A stretch of 64,000 bases of DNA from an uncultured Acidobacteriota bacterium (GTDB taxonomy: Bacteria > Acidobacteriota > UBA6911): NCBI GenBank assembly GCA_963809485.1, contig CAWEJX010000007.1, positions 416,001 through 480,000 of the forward strand, written 5' to 3'. Numbering within the stretch: the first letter of the stretch is position 1; the number at the start of each line of letters is the position of its first letter. Position numbers and translations under genes: made by a program. Below, one piece after another: positions 38,272 to 51,827 of this stretch. Under the pieces are notes generated by a model. The model was not told the origin of the DNA, did not search any database, and saw only the letters and a program-made list of their open reading frames with translations.

Positions 38272-39573
38272 ATGGATTTCTGGTATCATGTACTCTCGCT
38301 TGTCGAGAAGCGTGTAAACCGGCAGTGTCTCGATACCTGGTTCCGCCCGATCGCTTATCATGGCCGCGAGAGCGGGATCCTGCACCTGACGGTCCCAACG
38401 GACAGCTTCAAGAAGTGCCTGCTCGAGAATTACTCCGATCTGCTGCTGACGGCCGCCCGCGAAATCGGCAAAAGCCCTTTTGAGCTCAGCGTTTCGGTGG
38501 AAAACACTCCCTCCAAAGAACCCCTTTCCCCGGATATGCCCGATCCGTGCCCGGTTTTGATACCGAAATATACTTTTGATACCTTCGTTGTGGGCGGCAG
38601 CAATCAGCTGGCTCATGCTGCGGCCCTGGCCGTCGCCGAGCGCCCGTCGAAGGCGTACAATCCCCTCTACCTGTACGGCGGTGTGGGACTGGGGAAGACC
38701 CACCTGATGCACGCGGTCGGCAATCACATCCAGAAGCGCAACCGAAGCGTTCGTCTGGCGTACATGTCTTCCGAAAAATTCATGAATGAACTGGTCAATG
38801 CCATCCGTTTTGACCGCACGATTCAATTCCGCCAGAAGTACCGCAATATCGACGTCCTGCTAATGGACGACATCCAGTTCATTGCAGGCAAGGAGCGCAC
38901 CCAGGAGGAGTTTTTCCACACCTTCAATGCCTTGTATGACGCCCAGAAGCAGATCGTGATTACGAGCGACTGCCCGCCCAAACAGATTCCCACGCTGGAA
39001 GAAAGGCTTCACTCCCGTTTTGAATGGGGACTGATCGCCGATATACAGCCGCCCGATCTTGAAACCAAACTTGCGATTCTCCGCAAAAAGGCGGAAGCGG
39101 ACGCTTTCCATCTTCGCAACGATGTGGCCATCTATATCGCCGGCGGCATCCGCTCCAATATACGCGAACTCGAAGGGGCTCTGAATCGACTCAGCGCCCG
39201 CGCGTCGCTGGACGGCCTGGATTCGGCCGATATAGATATTCCCTATGCCAAGGATGTCCTGAAGGGCCTCTCCTTCAACGAAGAGCCGCCCGTTTCAACC
39301 GACAAGGTGATGCGCGCTGTGGCTTCTTTCTTCTCCCTGAAACCGGCGCAGCTTAAAGCGAAGAGCAATTCCCGCCCTATCGCGGTGCCCCGTCAGATCG
39401 CCATGTATATCTGCAAGGAGCTCACGAAGCAGTCACTGCCGCAGATCGGTAAGGATTTCGGCGGCAAGCACCACACAACCGTTCTGCACTCCGTCCGCAA
39501 AATCGAAACGCTGCGCAAAAAGGATGCCGAAATTTCCGCCGCAGTGGCCGCAATTGTAAAATCTCTGCGCTGA
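38272..39573 (+). CDS. dnaA: chromosomal replication initiator DnaA
   Basis: YTFDTFVVG, YNPLYLYGGVGLGKTHL, QEEFFHTFN, RQIAMY, GGKHHTTV. Confidence 0.99.
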   Translation: MDFWYHVLSLVEKRVNRQCLDTWFRPIAYHGRESGILHLTVPTDSFKKCLLENYSDLLLTAAREIGKSPFELSVSVENTPSKEPLSPDMPDPCPVLIPKYTFDTFVVGGSNQLAHAAALAVAERPSKAYNPLYLYGGVGLGKTHLMHAVGNHIQKRNRSVRLAYMSSEKFMNELVNAIRFDRTIQFRQKYRNIDVLLMDDIQFIAGKERTQEEFFHTFNALYDAQKQIVITSDCPPKQIPTLEERLHSRFEWGLIADIQPPDLETKLAILRKKAEADAFHLRNDVAIYIAGGIRSNIRELEGALNRLSARASLDGLDSADIDIPYAKDVLKGLSFNEEPPVSTDKVMRAVASFFSLKPAQLKAKSNSRPIAVPRQIAMYICKELTKQSLPQIGKDFGGKHHTTVLHSVRKIETLRKKDAEISAAVAAIVKSLR

Positions 39574-39659
39574 TCTTCATGCCAGAACGCCTGCGCCAAT
39601 GCCAAGCGGATGTGCGCGTTTTATACGGAGCAGGTCCGCGTTACCGCCGATCCATGAAC

Positions 39660-39940
39660 GGTTTGTTTTCCACTGACTTTTGCACAGCGTAATGCGTGTT
39701 ATTTTATAGAATTATCATTGTTGTCCACACCGGGCTGCATTGCGTTTCCTGTGGATATTACAGGAGCCGGAGTTTTCCACAAAAAGCCTCGTTTTTGAAC
39801 AAGGCTCCTTCATCCTCCTGCACTGTTCATCCATTGGGATTACTCGGGTTGACCGGCTTTTCCACATATTCACAGGACCTTCTATTTTTACTAGGTATAT
39901 TGGGTGAAAATAAATCCTATAAAAATATCAACAGCCCTGA
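39660..39940. other. replication origin oriC (dnaA-dnaN intergenic) with DnaA boxes, DnaA-trios and an AT-rich tract
   Basis: Boxes at 39666, 39678, 39721, 39750, 39773, 39858 and ~39867, then GGAC-CTTCTATTTTTACTA. Confidence 0.85.
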
Positions 39941-40024
39941 ATTGAGCTTGAAACAGGAAGCGGGAAAAGCTGTATAATCCTCACTTCGAATGGTCTCTCT
40001 TATTTCCTCCAAGGAGCGTCCTTC

Positions 40025-41134
40025 ATGAAATTTACCGTTAACAGGAACTCGCTGCTGAACGAGCTCAACCTGGTACAGGGCGTGATAGAGAAAAAAAGCA
40101 CCATACCCATTCTCTCCAATATTCTCCTGGAATGCGCCGGCGAGCATGTCGATATTGCGGCCACGGACCTCGATGTGACGATCCGCTGCGGTTGCGAAGC
40201 ATCCGTGTCGGCCGAGGGGACGACGACGCTTTCGGCGCGGCGCCTGTTTGATATCGTTCGGCTTCTGCCGGATGGGGCGGACATCGCGTTTTCCCTGCTC
40301 GAAAACGATTGGGTCGAACTGCGGTCCGGAAACTCGAAATACAAGATTGTGGCTCTGCCCAAAGAGAACTTTCCATCCATTCCCGAATCCGCTCCTGCCA
40401 CGGCCCAAATCCCGGGAGGGCTTTTGAGGAGCATGATTCAGCGCACCATGTTCGCAATCACGCAGGAGGAGTCCCGCTATTCGCTCAACGGAGCTCTCCT
40501 GGCCCTGCTGCCCGGGGAAATCCGCATGGTGGCCACGGACGGTCACCGGCTGGCCCTGGTGAGCAAGAGCCTGGAAATGCCCGGAGTGGACATGGAGGTC
40601 CGGGCCCTCATTCCCCGCAAAACCCTGGCGGAAATCCAAAAGCTCATCGGGGACCAGGATGTGCTGCTGGAGTTCGGGCGCGATGAAAACCATTTGTTCT
40701 TCTCTGCCGGCGGAAAGCGGCTTGTTTCCCGCATTCTGGCCGGGCAATTCCCCAACTATGAACTGGTGATACCGCGGGATAACGACAAATTTATTGTGGC
40801 TTCCACCAGAGCTCTCAACGATGGAATCCGCAGGGCAGCCGTCATGTCGGATGAGAAACTCAAGGCCATCCGTCTTTCCTTCAAAAAGGGAGCTTTGGAA
40901 TTGACTGCCAGTTGTGCGGAAGCCGGTGAAGCGCACGAGGTGGTGCCGATCGACTTTGAAGGCGAAGAAATCGATATAGGATTCAATCCGTCCTACATTC
41001 TCGATTTTGTCGGTGTCTGCGGCTCGGAGACCGTTTCTATCGCCATCAAGGATTCGGAAACGCAGGGACTGTTCCGGCCCGTCGGCGGATCCGACCTGGA
41101 TTACCGTTATGTTGTCATGCCGATGAAGTTCTAG
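40025..41134 (+). CDS. dnaN: DNA polymerase III beta clamp
   Basis: TIPILSNIL, ATDLD, VATDGHRLA, GQFPNY, IGFN, YVVMPM. Confidence 0.98.
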   Translation: MKFTVNRNSLLNELNLVQGVIEKKSTIPILSNILLECAGEHVDIAATDLDVTIRCGCEASVSAEGTTTLSARRLFDIVRLLPDGADIAFSLLENDWVELRSGNSKYKIVALPKENFPSIPESAPATAQIPGGLLRSMIQRTMFAITQEESRYSLNGALLALLPGEIRMVATDGHRLALVSKSLEMPGVDMEVRALIPRKTLAEIQKLIGDQDVLLEFGRDENHLFFSAGGKRLVSRILAGQFPNYELVIPRDNDKFIVASTRALNDGIRRAAVMSDEKLKAIRLSFKKGALELTASCAEAGEAHEVVPIDFEGEEIDIGFNPSYILDFVGVCGSETVSIAIKDSETQGLFRPVGGSDLDYRYVVMPMKF

Positions 41135-41136
41135 GT

Positions 41137-42249
41137 GTGCAGCTCAAAAGACTGCGTCTTTTTCAATATCGCAACATCCGTGAAATGGAGATTTTTCCCT
41201 CCGCAGGGACCAGCCTGTTCCTGGGGCGGAACGGCCAGGGCAAAACCAATCTTCTTGAATCCATCTACTTTCTGGCCTACGGCAGAAGCTTTCGCACCGC
41301 AACGCCTGCGGACTGCATCCAGCAGGGCTTGAGCGAGTGCCGCGTCGAGGGAACCGTGGAGCATGGGACTCTGACGCGCGATCTTCAAATATCCATCACT
41401 AAAAACGAAAAAAAACTCTTCGCGCTCGGCAAGCCCGTGGCGTTAGACGGTTTCGTCGGGAATCTCCATTTGCTGGCTTTCACCCACGAGCACCTCAGTG
41501 TGGTGCGGGGTGCGCCGGCGGAGCGAAGGGCATTTTTGGATCGGGCCATGGTCACCCTCTATCCCGGCCACATCCAATGCCTTGCCGCCTATGGGCGCTC
41601 CCTCAAACAAAGAAACAGGATCCTGTCGTCCGGGCGCGAGGGAGCCGGAACTGTCGATGAGAACCTGCTGGAGAGCTGGGACGAATCCCTTATCGGGCCG
41701 GGATCGCGCATCGTGTGCAACCGCCTGCGCTACGTCGATCAAATGAAACGGGAACTGCCCCGGGGATTGTTCGACGACGAAGTTTTGAAAATGCATTATG
41801 TCTCTTCCCTTCGTGCCGAGGACGCAGACCTGCCGCAAATCGAGCACGCTTTCCGGCAGCGCCTTCAGCAGGCGCGGAATCACGATCGGAAAACGGGCGC
41901 AACTTCCGTCGGACCCCACCGGGATGATCTCAGGCTTTATGTCAATGGCCGATCGCTGGTCGATTTTGGTTCCGCCGGGCAGCAGCGGTCCGGCCTCCTG
42001 GCGCTTTATTTTTCTCAAATGGAAATCCACAAAAAATTCCACGGCTTCTATCCGGTTTTTCTGGTCGACGACGCCGAAGCCGAATTGGACAAATACCGAC
42101 TTCACACATTCCTGAATTATCTGTCGCAGAGAACCCAGACGTTTTTAACTTCCGCCAAAGATTTTCTCATGGACGAGGCCGCCGAAAACGCATGCCGTTT
42201 TGAAGTAAAAAACGGGATTGTTTTTGCTCCCGAGGCAACGGCCGAATAG
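41137..42249 (+). CDS. recF: DNA replication/repair protein RecF
   Basis: YRN, GRNGQGKTNLLES, GPHRDD, GSAGQQR, LVDD..AELD. Confidence 0.96.
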   Translation: MQLKRLRLFQYRNIREMEIFPSAGTSLFLGRNGQGKTNLLESIYFLAYGRSFRTATPADCIQQGLSECRVEGTVEHGTLTRDLQISITKNEKKLFALGKPVALDGFVGNLHLLAFTHEHLSVVRGAPAERRAFLDRAMVTLYPGHIQCLAAYGRSLKQRNRILSSGREGAGTVDENLLESWDESLIGPGSRIVCNRLRYVDQMKRELPRGLFDDEVLKMHYVSSLRAEDADLPQIEHAFRQRLQQARNHDRKTGATSVGPHRDDLRLYVNGRSLVDFGSAGQQRSGLLALYFSQMEIHKKFHGFYPVFLVDDAEAELDKYRLHTFLNYLSQRTQTFLTSAKDFLMDEAAENACRFEVKNGIVFAPEATAE

Positions 42250-42362
42250 GGGGAGGCGCAGCCGGTTCCGGGCCTACCGCCTCATCCATGTAAGTTTATT
42301 GTTATCAGTATTTTAATCTAAATATAAATCGCGCAATTTTGCTCCATTTTGAAGCCGGCCTG

Positions 42363-42371
42363 TGCTATAAT
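42363..42371 (+). promoter_or_regulatory. extended -10 promoter of gyrB
   Basis: TG-C-TATAAT in the AT-rich region upstream of gyrB. Confidence 0.55.
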
Positions 42372-42454
42372 TTTTACTTTGGGACTAATCAAATAATTTA
42401 TTGTAAATAAAAAGCTTGCAGCATTTTTTGTCACCCCAATCTTTGAAATAATGA

Positions 42455-44938
<2,484 letters not shown>

Positions 44939-44953
44939 ACAGAAGTCTTTGCC

Positions 44954-47401
44954 ATGAATGAAGCTCTCGAACAGATCCCGGTCAATATCATCGATGAGAT
45001 GCGCAAGTCCTACCTGGACTATGCCATGAGCGTCATCATCGGCCGGGCGCTGCCGGATGTGCGCGACGGGCTCAAACCCGTGCACCGGCGCGTCCTGTAC
45101 GCGATGAATGACCTGGGGAACGCGTACAACAAGCCTTACAAGAAATCGGCGCGCATCGTCGGCGATGTGATCGGAAAATACCACCCGCACGGCGACGTCG
45201 CGGTCTACGACACCATCGTTCGGCTGGTCCAGGACTTTTCGGTCCGCTACCCGCTGATTGACGGCCAGGGGAATTTCGGCTCCGTGGACGGCGACAACGC
45301 GGCCGCCATGCGATATACCGAAGTACGCATGGCGCGCATTTCTGAGGAGCTGCTGGCCGATATCGAAAAGAACACGGTGGATTTCGGCCCCAATTATGAC
45401 GAATCGCTGACCGAGCCCCTGGTTCTCCCGGCCAAATTTCCCAATCTGCTCGTCAACGGCTCTTCGGGCATCGCGGTCGGCATGGCAACTAACGTGCCGC
45501 CTCACAACCTTACCGAGATCATCGGGGCGACCATCCTTCTCATCGAGAACCCCGGTGTGTCCCTGGAAGAAATCATGGCGCAGGTTCCGGGCCCCGACTT
45601 CCCGACGGCCGGCTTCATCTACGGGCGAAGCGGAATCAGGACGGCCTATGAAAGCGGGCGCGGAATCATCGTCATGCGCGCCCGGGCGGCGATCGAGAAA
45701 ATATCGCGGGAACGGGAAGCGATCGTGGTTACGGAAATTCCCTACCAGGTAAACAAGGCAAAACTGATCGAGCGCATCGCCGAGCTCGTGAGGGACAAGA
45801 AGATCGAGGGGATCTCCGACCTCCGCGACGAGTCCGATCGGGAAGGCATGCGCATTGTCATCGAGCTCAAAAAGGAGGAGCCGGCGCAGGTTGTTCTGAA
45901 CAACCTTTACAAGATGACCCCGATGCAGGCCAGTTTCGGCATCATCATGCTGGCCATCGTGAACAGCCAGCCTAAGGTTCTCACCCTGCGCGAATGCCTT
46001 CTTTGCTTCATCGAGTACCGGAAAGAAGTCGTCCGCCGAAGGACCATCTTTGAACTCGGCAAAGCGGAGGCCAGGGCTCACATTCTCGAGGGGCTCAAGC
46101 GCGCTCTGGATATGCTGGATGAAATTATCGCCCTGATCCGCGCGTCCAAGGAGCCTGCCGTGGCCAAGGAAGGCCTGATGACGCGGTTCCAGTTCAGCGC
46201 GGAGCAGGCCCAGGCGATCCTGGATATGCGCCTGCAGCGGCTGACGGGGCTCGAGCGCGAAAAAATCCTCGCCGAGTACGAAGAAACGCTGAAGCTTATC
46301 GCCCGCCTCAAGGAAATCCTGGCCAGCGAGAAGGTGCTGGAAGGCGTGGTGGTCGAGGAGCTGAAGGATGTGCAGGAAAAATTCGGCGACGCCCGGCGGA
46401 CGCAGATTGTGGACGAGGAAGTCGAAATCACGCTCGAGGACCTCATCGCCGACGAAGATGTGGTCATTACCGTCACGCACTCCGGCTATATCAAGCGGAC
46501 GGCGGCTTCCCTCTACCATCCGCAGGGGCGGGGCGGCAAGGGGCGCATCGGAATGACCACGCGCGACGAGGATTTCATCGACCACGTCTTCGTCGCTTCC
46601 ACCCACAGCTACCTGCTCGTCTTTACCAACAGGGGCCAGGTATACTGGCTCAAGGTCTATGAGATTCCTGACGTCGGCACCGCAGGCAAAGGGAAGGCCA
46701 TTGTAAACCTGGTCAACCTGGGCAAGGACGAAAAAATCGCCGACATCATCGCCGTGAAGGACTTCGAAACCAGCGAAAACGTGGTGATGGCCACACGCAA
46801 CGGGATTGTGAAAAAAACCGCCCTGGTCGAATTTGCCAATCCGCGCAGCTCGGGCATCATCGCCATTTACATACCCGACGATGACGAACTCATCGGATGC
46901 CAGCTGACGGACGGAAGCTACGATGTTCTTCTGGCCACGCGCATGGGAAAAGCAATCCGCTTTTCGGAAAAGAATGCGCGCGAAATGGGCCGTACGGCGC
47001 GGGGCGTCATCGGCATCCGCCTGGCCGGAGACGATAAGGTGGTAGCCATGTCCGCCTTCAAAGGCCCCGGCCAGTTCCTGACCGTTACGGAAAAAGGCTT
47101 CGGAAAGCGGACGGACGTCGAAGAATATCCCTGTCAGGGCCGCGGCGGATCCGGCGTCATCAACGTAAAAGTAGGCGAGAAAAACGGCAGCGTTGTGAAC
47201 ACCTGTCACGTGCAGGAAGATTCGTCGGTCATGCTGATTACGGCGCAGGGGAAACTGATCCAGCTCAATGCCGAGGATATCCGCAACACTCAGAGCCGCG
47301 CCGCCGTGGGCGTCAAGTGCATCGATCTTGAAGAAGGCGACTACGTAGCCAGCGTCACCGTCGTCGCCGGGGAAGCAGAAGGCGAAAAGCCCGAAAACTA
47401 G
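44954..47401 (+). CDS. gyrA: DNA gyrase subunit A
   Basis: [23 protein letters not shown], GyrA box QGRGGKG. Confidence 0.99.
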   Translation: MNEALEQIPVNIIDEMRKSYLDYAMSVIIGRALPDVRDGLKPVHRRVLYAMNDLGNAYNKPYKKSARIVGDVIGKYHPHGDVAVYDTIVRLVQDFSVRYPLIDGQGNFGSVDGDNAAAMRYTEVRMARISEELLADIEKNTVDFGPNYDESLTEPLVLPAKFPNLLVNGSSGIAVGMATNVPPHNLTEIIGATILLIENPGVSLEEIMAQVPGPDFPTAGFIYGRSGIRTAYESGRGIIVMRARAAIEKISREREAIVVTEIPYQVNKAKLIERIAELVRDKKIEGISDLRDESDREGMRIVIELKKEEPAQVVLNNLYKMTPMQASFGIIMLAIVNSQPKVLTLRECLLCFIEYRKEVVRRRTIFELGKAEARAHILEGLKRALDMLDEIIALIRASKEPAVAKEGLMTRFQFSAEQAQAILDMRLQRLTGLEREKILAEYEETLKLIARLKEILASEKVLEGVVVEELKDVQEKFGDARRTQIVDEEVEITLEDLIADEDVVITVTHSGYIKRTAASLYHPQGRGGKGRIGMTTRDEDFIDHVFVASTHSYLLVFTNRGQVYWLKVYEIPDVGTAGKGKAIVNLVNLGKDEKIADIIAVKDFETSENVVMATRNGIVKKTALVEFANPRSSGIIAIYIPDDDELIGCQLTDGSYDVLLATRMGKAIRFSEKNAREMGRTARGVIGIRLAGDDKVVAMSAFKGPGQFLTVTEKGFGKRTDVEEYPCQGRGGSGVINVKVGEKNGSVVNTCHVQEDSSVMLITAQGKLIQLNAEDIRNTQSRAAVGVKCIDLEEGDYVASVTVVAGEAEGEKPEN

Positions 47402-47527
47402 GCTTTCTGGGATTCGAGATTCCGGCTCAGTCTCCATGAACGCTGACCTGCGCAGACAAAGGCGCTGACGCACGCCGACGATTCATGATATCTGCGAAGC
47501 AAGGTTAAATGTTTGATAAAAAGGACC

Positions 47528-47556
47528 TTGACAGGGGTCCGGGTCAAGAGTAACTT
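47528..47556 (+). promoter_or_regulatory. sigma70 promoter of rpsU
   Basis: TTGACA-17 bp-TAACTT. Confidence 0.65.
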
Positions 47557-47587
47557 ACTCCCTCGTCCGCAAAGGAGGTGTTCTGGT

Positions 47588-47785
47588 TTGGCGGAAGTCA
47601 TTTTAAATGAAGGCGAGTCCCTTGAAAGCGCCCTCCGGCGCTTCAAACGCAAGGTTCAGCAGGAAGACATCATCAAGGATGTCAAAAAGCATTCCTTCTA
47701 CCTCAAGCCTGGTGAGAAGAAACGGATCAAACAGGCTCTGGCCCGCAAGCGTCTGCGCAAAAAAATGCGCGGTGTTCGATCCTAG
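47588..47785 (+). CDS. rpsU: 30S ribosomal protein S21
   Basis: TTG start after AGGAGG; EGESLESALRRFKRKV...FYLKPGEKKR. Confidence 0.95.
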   Translation: MAEVILNEGESLESALRRFKRKVQQEDIIKDVKKHSFYLKPGEKKRIKQALARKRLRKKMRGVRS

Positions 47786-47926
47786 CCCGCAAGACCGGCT
47801 CCCAGGCCTGATGTTGGCCATAATCTCATCGGGCCTGGGAATTTTGCCTGTCCCGCGGCAGCTGCCTTCGAGTTCTTTGCTTTTCCGAAGCTTTGAGGCC
47901 CTCTGCCGCAATCCCCAAGGCTGCCT

Positions 47927-48748
47927 GTGTATTCAAGAATTTCCGAGACCCTTGCCTCCATCCGTGCCCGCTGCAAATCGCAGCCGTCTGTGGGCTTGAT
48001 CCTTGGCTCCGGACTTGGCTCCTATGCCGACACGCTCCAGGAGCGGACGGTCCTGCCTTTCGGCGAAATCCCTCATTTCCCCGTCTCTACGGTTCCGGGT
48101 CATTCCGGCAACCTGATCAGCGCTGCCGTGCAAGGGGTCCCGGTGGTTGCGTTGCAGGGAAGGATCCACCTTTATGAGGGGTATTCCATGACGGAGGTCG
48201 CTTTCCCCGCCAGAGTCCTCGGCTGCCTGGGCATTCGCGGGCTGATCGTCACGAATGCGGCCGGCGGCATCAACGAATGTTTCCGGCCGGGCGATCTGAT
48301 GCTTATCACGGATCATATCAACCTGATGGGGGCGAATCCTCTGATGGGGGCCAACCTGGATGAGTTCGGTCCACGGTTCCCGGACATGAGCGAAGCCTAC
48401 GACCCGCATCTGCTCAAAGTCGCGTTGGAGGTTGCCCGTGAAGGGCGGATGCCCCTTCAGCAGGGCGTATACGCAGGGCTGTGCGGACCCAGCTATGAGA
48501 CGCCCGCCGAAATCCGCATGTTGCGCGCCCTCGGCGCCGACGCCGTGGGCATGTCCACCATTCCGGAAGTGATCGTAGCCGGCCACATGGGAATACCCGT
48601 GCTCGGCGTCTCCTGCATCACGAACATGGCAGCCGGCATTCTTCCGCGAAAACTCACGCATCAGGAAGTGATCGACACCACCGAGCGGTCGAAGGAAAGC
48701 TTTGCGGCACTCCTCAATGGCATTATCCCGAGGCTAGCAGCTGAATAG
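47927..48748 (+). CDS. punA: purine-nucleoside phosphorylase (trimeric type)
   Basis: LILGSGLG, QGRIHLYEG, TNAAGG, GPSYETPAE, VGMST, TNMAAG. Confidence 0.95.
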   Translation: MYSRISETLASIRARCKSQPSVGLILGSGLGSYADTLQERTVLPFGEIPHFPVSTVPGHSGNLISAAVQGVPVVALQGRIHLYEGYSMTEVAFPARVLGCLGIRGLIVTNAAGGINECFRPGDLMLITDHINLMGANPLMGANLDEFGPRFPDMSEAYDPHLLKVALEVAREGRMPLQQGVYAGLCGPSYETPAEIRMLRALGADAVGMSTIPEVIVAGHMGIPVLGVSCITNMAAGILPRKLTHQEVIDTTERSKESFAALLNGIIPRLAAE

Positions 48749-48841
48749 AAGGAGCAGGCTGAAAGAGGGAAAATAATGAACCCGGCCCTGAGGATAGCTA
48801 AACGTCTTGCATATAGGTCAAATACAATGTAAAATACCCGC

Positions 48842-50008
48842 ATGCGAGACAGGCTAGTATCGGGCAGAATTCGCCGGTCGAAAACAAACGTCCTGCTCCT
48901 GGGGCCCCGCCAAGTGGGCAAATCCACACTATGCCGGTCCATGGCCCCGCTCCGCATTGTCGATCTGGCGGACGAGCAGGTGTTTCTCTCTCACGCAAAA
49001 GATGCAGGCCTGCTGCGGCGGGAGCTCGCGGCGGCTAAAGGCATGGGCCTTATCGTCATTGATGAGGTGCAACGGCTCCCTTCCATGCTGAATACCCTCC
49101 AGTCGCTGGTCGATGATCCCTCCAATCCATACCGCTTCATCCTTACCGGTTCCAGTGCGCGCAAGCTCAAACGCGGAGGAGCAAACCTCCTGCCGGGGCG
49201 AATAATTCTGGAACACATGGATCCGCTGACCTATGAGGAGGTAAAGGATACTTTCGATCTGCCGCGCGCTTTGCAGACAGGGATGTTGCCGGGGATATAT
49301 TTGGGCGGAGATGAAGCCATCTCCGTGCTGGACACTTATGTTGAAGTCTATCTTCGAGAAGAAATCCGCACCGAAGCCCTGGTCAGGAACATGGGAGACT
49401 ACGCCCGATTTTTGGATATGGCGGCAGTTCTCAGTGGACAGTGGCTCAATTATTCGAAAATAAGTTCTGAAACGGAAATTCCCAAAGAGACAATCCGCAG
49501 ATATGCAGCAGTATTGGAAGACACGCTTCTCATATTCCGGTTACCCCCCTTTGCCCCCCGCCGAAAAATCACGCGACGCGTTGCCCAACGGGACAAATTT
49601 CTTTTCTTTGACATAGGCGTCCGCAATGCATTGCTGGGAATCCACCGCCGCCCGCTTACCCCGGACCAGAAAGGACCTGCCTTCGAGCAATGGCTGATTC
49701 TGCAGATCATTTATTTGAATCGGGCATTGCGCAAAGGATGGGATTTTTCATGCTATCGCACCAATGCGGGCGCGGAGGTCGACCTGGTCGTCGAGAGGGA
49801 AAAAGACATTCTGGGCCTTGAAATCAAATCGGGGCGAAACGTATCGAGGGCGGATGGCCGCGGGCTGATTTCATTGGAACAAATCATCGGGCGCTACAAG
49901 CCGTTGAGGAAGTGGATTGCGTATGCCGGAGACCGGCGGCAATTATTTGACAACGGCGTACAAGCCCTTCCATATCGCGAAGCCCTGGAGGAACTCGCGG
50001 AATCCTGA
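48842..50008 (+). CDS. AAA_14 ATPase with DUF4143 / C-terminal PD-(D/E)xK-like domain
   Basis: GPRQVGKST, IDEVQ, LTGSSARKL, FFDIG, YRT..GAEVDLV..EIK. Confidence 0.88.
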   Translation: MRDRLVSGRIRRSKTNVLLLGPRQVGKSTLCRSMAPLRIVDLADEQVFLSHAKDAGLLRRELAAAKGMGLIVIDEVQRLPSMLNTLQSLVDDPSNPYRFILTGSSARKLKRGGANLLPGRIILEHMDPLTYEEVKDTFDLPRALQTGMLPGIYLGGDEAISVLDTYVEVYLREEIRTEALVRNMGDYARFLDMAAVLSGQWLNYSKISSETEIPKETIRRYAAVLEDTLLIFRLPPFAPRRKITRRVAQRDKFLFFDIGVRNALLGIHRRPLTPDQKGPAFEQWLILQIIYLNRALRKGWDFSCYRTNAGAEVDLVVEREKDILGLEIKSGRNVSRADGRGLISLEQIIGRYKPLRKWIAYAGDRRQLFDNGVQALPYREALEELAES

Positions 50009-50017
50009 CGATAGCTT

Positions 50018-50102
50018 CTGGCCCGCATTTCTCACAGGCTTTCTGCTGCGGCGCGGATCCCGGCATGTCTCGCTACAAAATCCTGTGAGAAATGAGGGTT
50101 AG
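50018..50102. mobile_element. 85-bp MITE with 21-bp terminal inverted repeats
   Basis: CTGGCCCGCATTTCTCACAGG ... CCTGTGAGAAATGAGGGTTAG (18/21 match). Confidence 0.6.
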
Positions 50103-50164
50103 GAAATCCTTTCAGGTTGCGAACACAGGTTGTGAACAAATGGAGATTACAGAGAAGATCACGG

Positions 50165-50560
50165 ACCCAGGCTCCCTTACCTTCTTGATCGCCACGATGC
50201 GGCCAGAACGTACATCCCGCACCTTCCGCACTTCCCCTATCGCACGCGAGCCGATGCGCTCAAGGATCTCATAGGGGCCGAGTTTGGTGCCGGGGGCGAG
50301 TGTCATTTCTTTAACAATGAAGTCCAATTCAGGACAATATTGAACGGTTTGACCGGGCTTTCCAGTGCTGGGACGGCTATCAGAAACCGGCTGCCGTCAG
50401 CAGACACATCCAGATTGAAAAGCCCGAAAATGGTCGCAAATGCGATAAATCGGTCGTCGGGAGACCAAAAGCCCATATCGCTGCCTTCCGTGCCCGACAA
50501 GGGGCGTGCATCCGCCGAGTCAAGCGCCCTAATCCACAGGCGCTGAACGCTATCGGGCCC
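50165..50560 (-). pseudogene. remnants of two tandem TolB-propeller Ser/Thr kinase genes
   Basis: C-terminal piece RLWIRALDS..FWSPDDRFIAF/DVSADGSRFL..VLNWTSLLKK* (internally deleted) overlaps via ATGA with N-terminal piece MTLAPGTKLGPYEILERIG..RIVAIKKV. Confidence 0.78.
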
Positions 50561-50630
50561 AGCTGCAGAATCCCTAATAACTAATAGCTAATCCAATAGC
50601 TAATCCCTGCTACACTGCAGATGGTGGCGT

Positions 50631-51800
50631 ATGAAAAAATTCAGGCGGATTATATTGATGGTGCTGGACAGCGTCGGGATCGGGGAGATGCCCGACGCTG
50701 CCGATTGGGGAGATGCCGGAGTGGACACTATCGGCCATGTGATGGCTGCGGAAAAACCGCGGCTTCCCAATCTTGAAAAGCTGGGGCTGGGCAATGTTCG
50801 CACCTTGCCCAACCTTACCCCATCCCCCGAACCTGCGGGATCCTTCGGCAAAGCAGCCATATCCTCACGGGGCAAGGACACTACGGTGGGGCACTGGGAA
50901 TTGGCCGGCCTGATCACCCCGGAGCCCTTTCCTACCTACCCGGAAGGTTTTCCATCCCGTATCCTGGAGCCTTTTAAACGCTCCATCGGGCGGGATGTGC
51001 TGGGCAACAAGACGGCCTCGGGCACGGAAATCATCCAAGAGCTTGGTCCGGAACATATGCGGACGGGAAAGCCGATTGTATACACCTCGGCTGATTCCGT
51101 ATTCCAGGTGGCGGCGCACGAACAGGTTATTGCGCTCCCTGAGCTCTACCGGATATGCAAAATTGCCCGCGAACTGCTCGATGGTCCGGACCGTGTGGCG
51201 CGCGTCATTGCGCGGCCCTTTATCGGCCGGCCGGGAAGCTTCACACGCACAGGAAACCGGAAAGATTTCGCCGTTCCTCCACCGGCGAAGACATTGCTGG
51301 ATCTCCTCAAGGATGCGGGTCTGGCGTCGGTCGGAGTCGGCAAAATCGCCTCGATTTTCGACTTCAGGGGCATAACCTCGCAGCTTGAATCCCATAATAA
51401 CGCGGAGTCCATTTCTCAGACAATCCGGGCCCTAGAGACCGCCCCGGAAGGGCTCATCTTCGTTAATTTAGGAGATTTCGACATGTTATGGGGCCACCGC
51501 AGGGACAGCCGGGGCTATGCGATTGGATTGGAATACTGCGACGGCCGAATTCCTGAGATCCAGAACTGCATGCGCGGAGACGACTGTCTCATACTTACCG
51601 CCGACCACGGCTGCGATCCCACGGCCCACGGGACCGACCATACCCGCGAGTATGTTCCCATTCTTGTATATGCCAGGCGGCTCCGCGGAGGCGTAAATCT
51701 GGGGACACGATCTTCACTGGCGGACATGGGGCAGACCGTCGCGGAAAACTTCGGTCTGCGGCTGCCCGCCGGAACGTCATTCCTCAATGAACTGCGCTGA
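50631..51800 (+). CDS. deoB: phosphopentomutase
   Basis: VLDSVGIG, GKDTTVGHWE, YTSADSV, RVIARPF, GHRRD, TADHGCDP, DHTRE. Confidence 0.97.
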   Translation: MKKFRRIILMVLDSVGIGEMPDAADWGDAGVDTIGHVMAAEKPRLPNLEKLGLGNVRTLPNLTPSPEPAGSFGKAAISSRGKDTTVGHWELAGLITPEPFPTYPEGFPSRILEPFKRSIGRDVLGNKTASGTEIIQELGPEHMRTGKPIVYTSADSVFQVAAHEQVIALPELYRICKIARELLDGPDRVARVIARPFIGRPGSFTRTGNRKDFAVPPPAKTLLDLLKDAGLASVGVGKIASIFDFRGITSQLESHNNAESISQTIRALETAPEGLIFVNLGDFDMLWGHRRDSRGYAIGLEYCDGRIPEIQNCMRGDDCLILTADHGCDPTAHGTDHTREYVPILVYARRLRGGVNLGTRSSLADMGQTVAENFGLRLPAGTSFLNELR

Positions 51801-51827
51801 TAGATTTACTGGAATAGGCCCGGCTTT

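Noticed and set aside
37802-38317. Small ORFs upstream of dnaA as rpmH or novel genes
   Set aside because: No L34 signature (MKRTYQP); AT-rich regulatory DNA overlapping DnaA boxes.
47765-47800. tRNA-like GTTCGATCC
   Set aside because: Lies in the last codons of rpsU; no cloverleaf.
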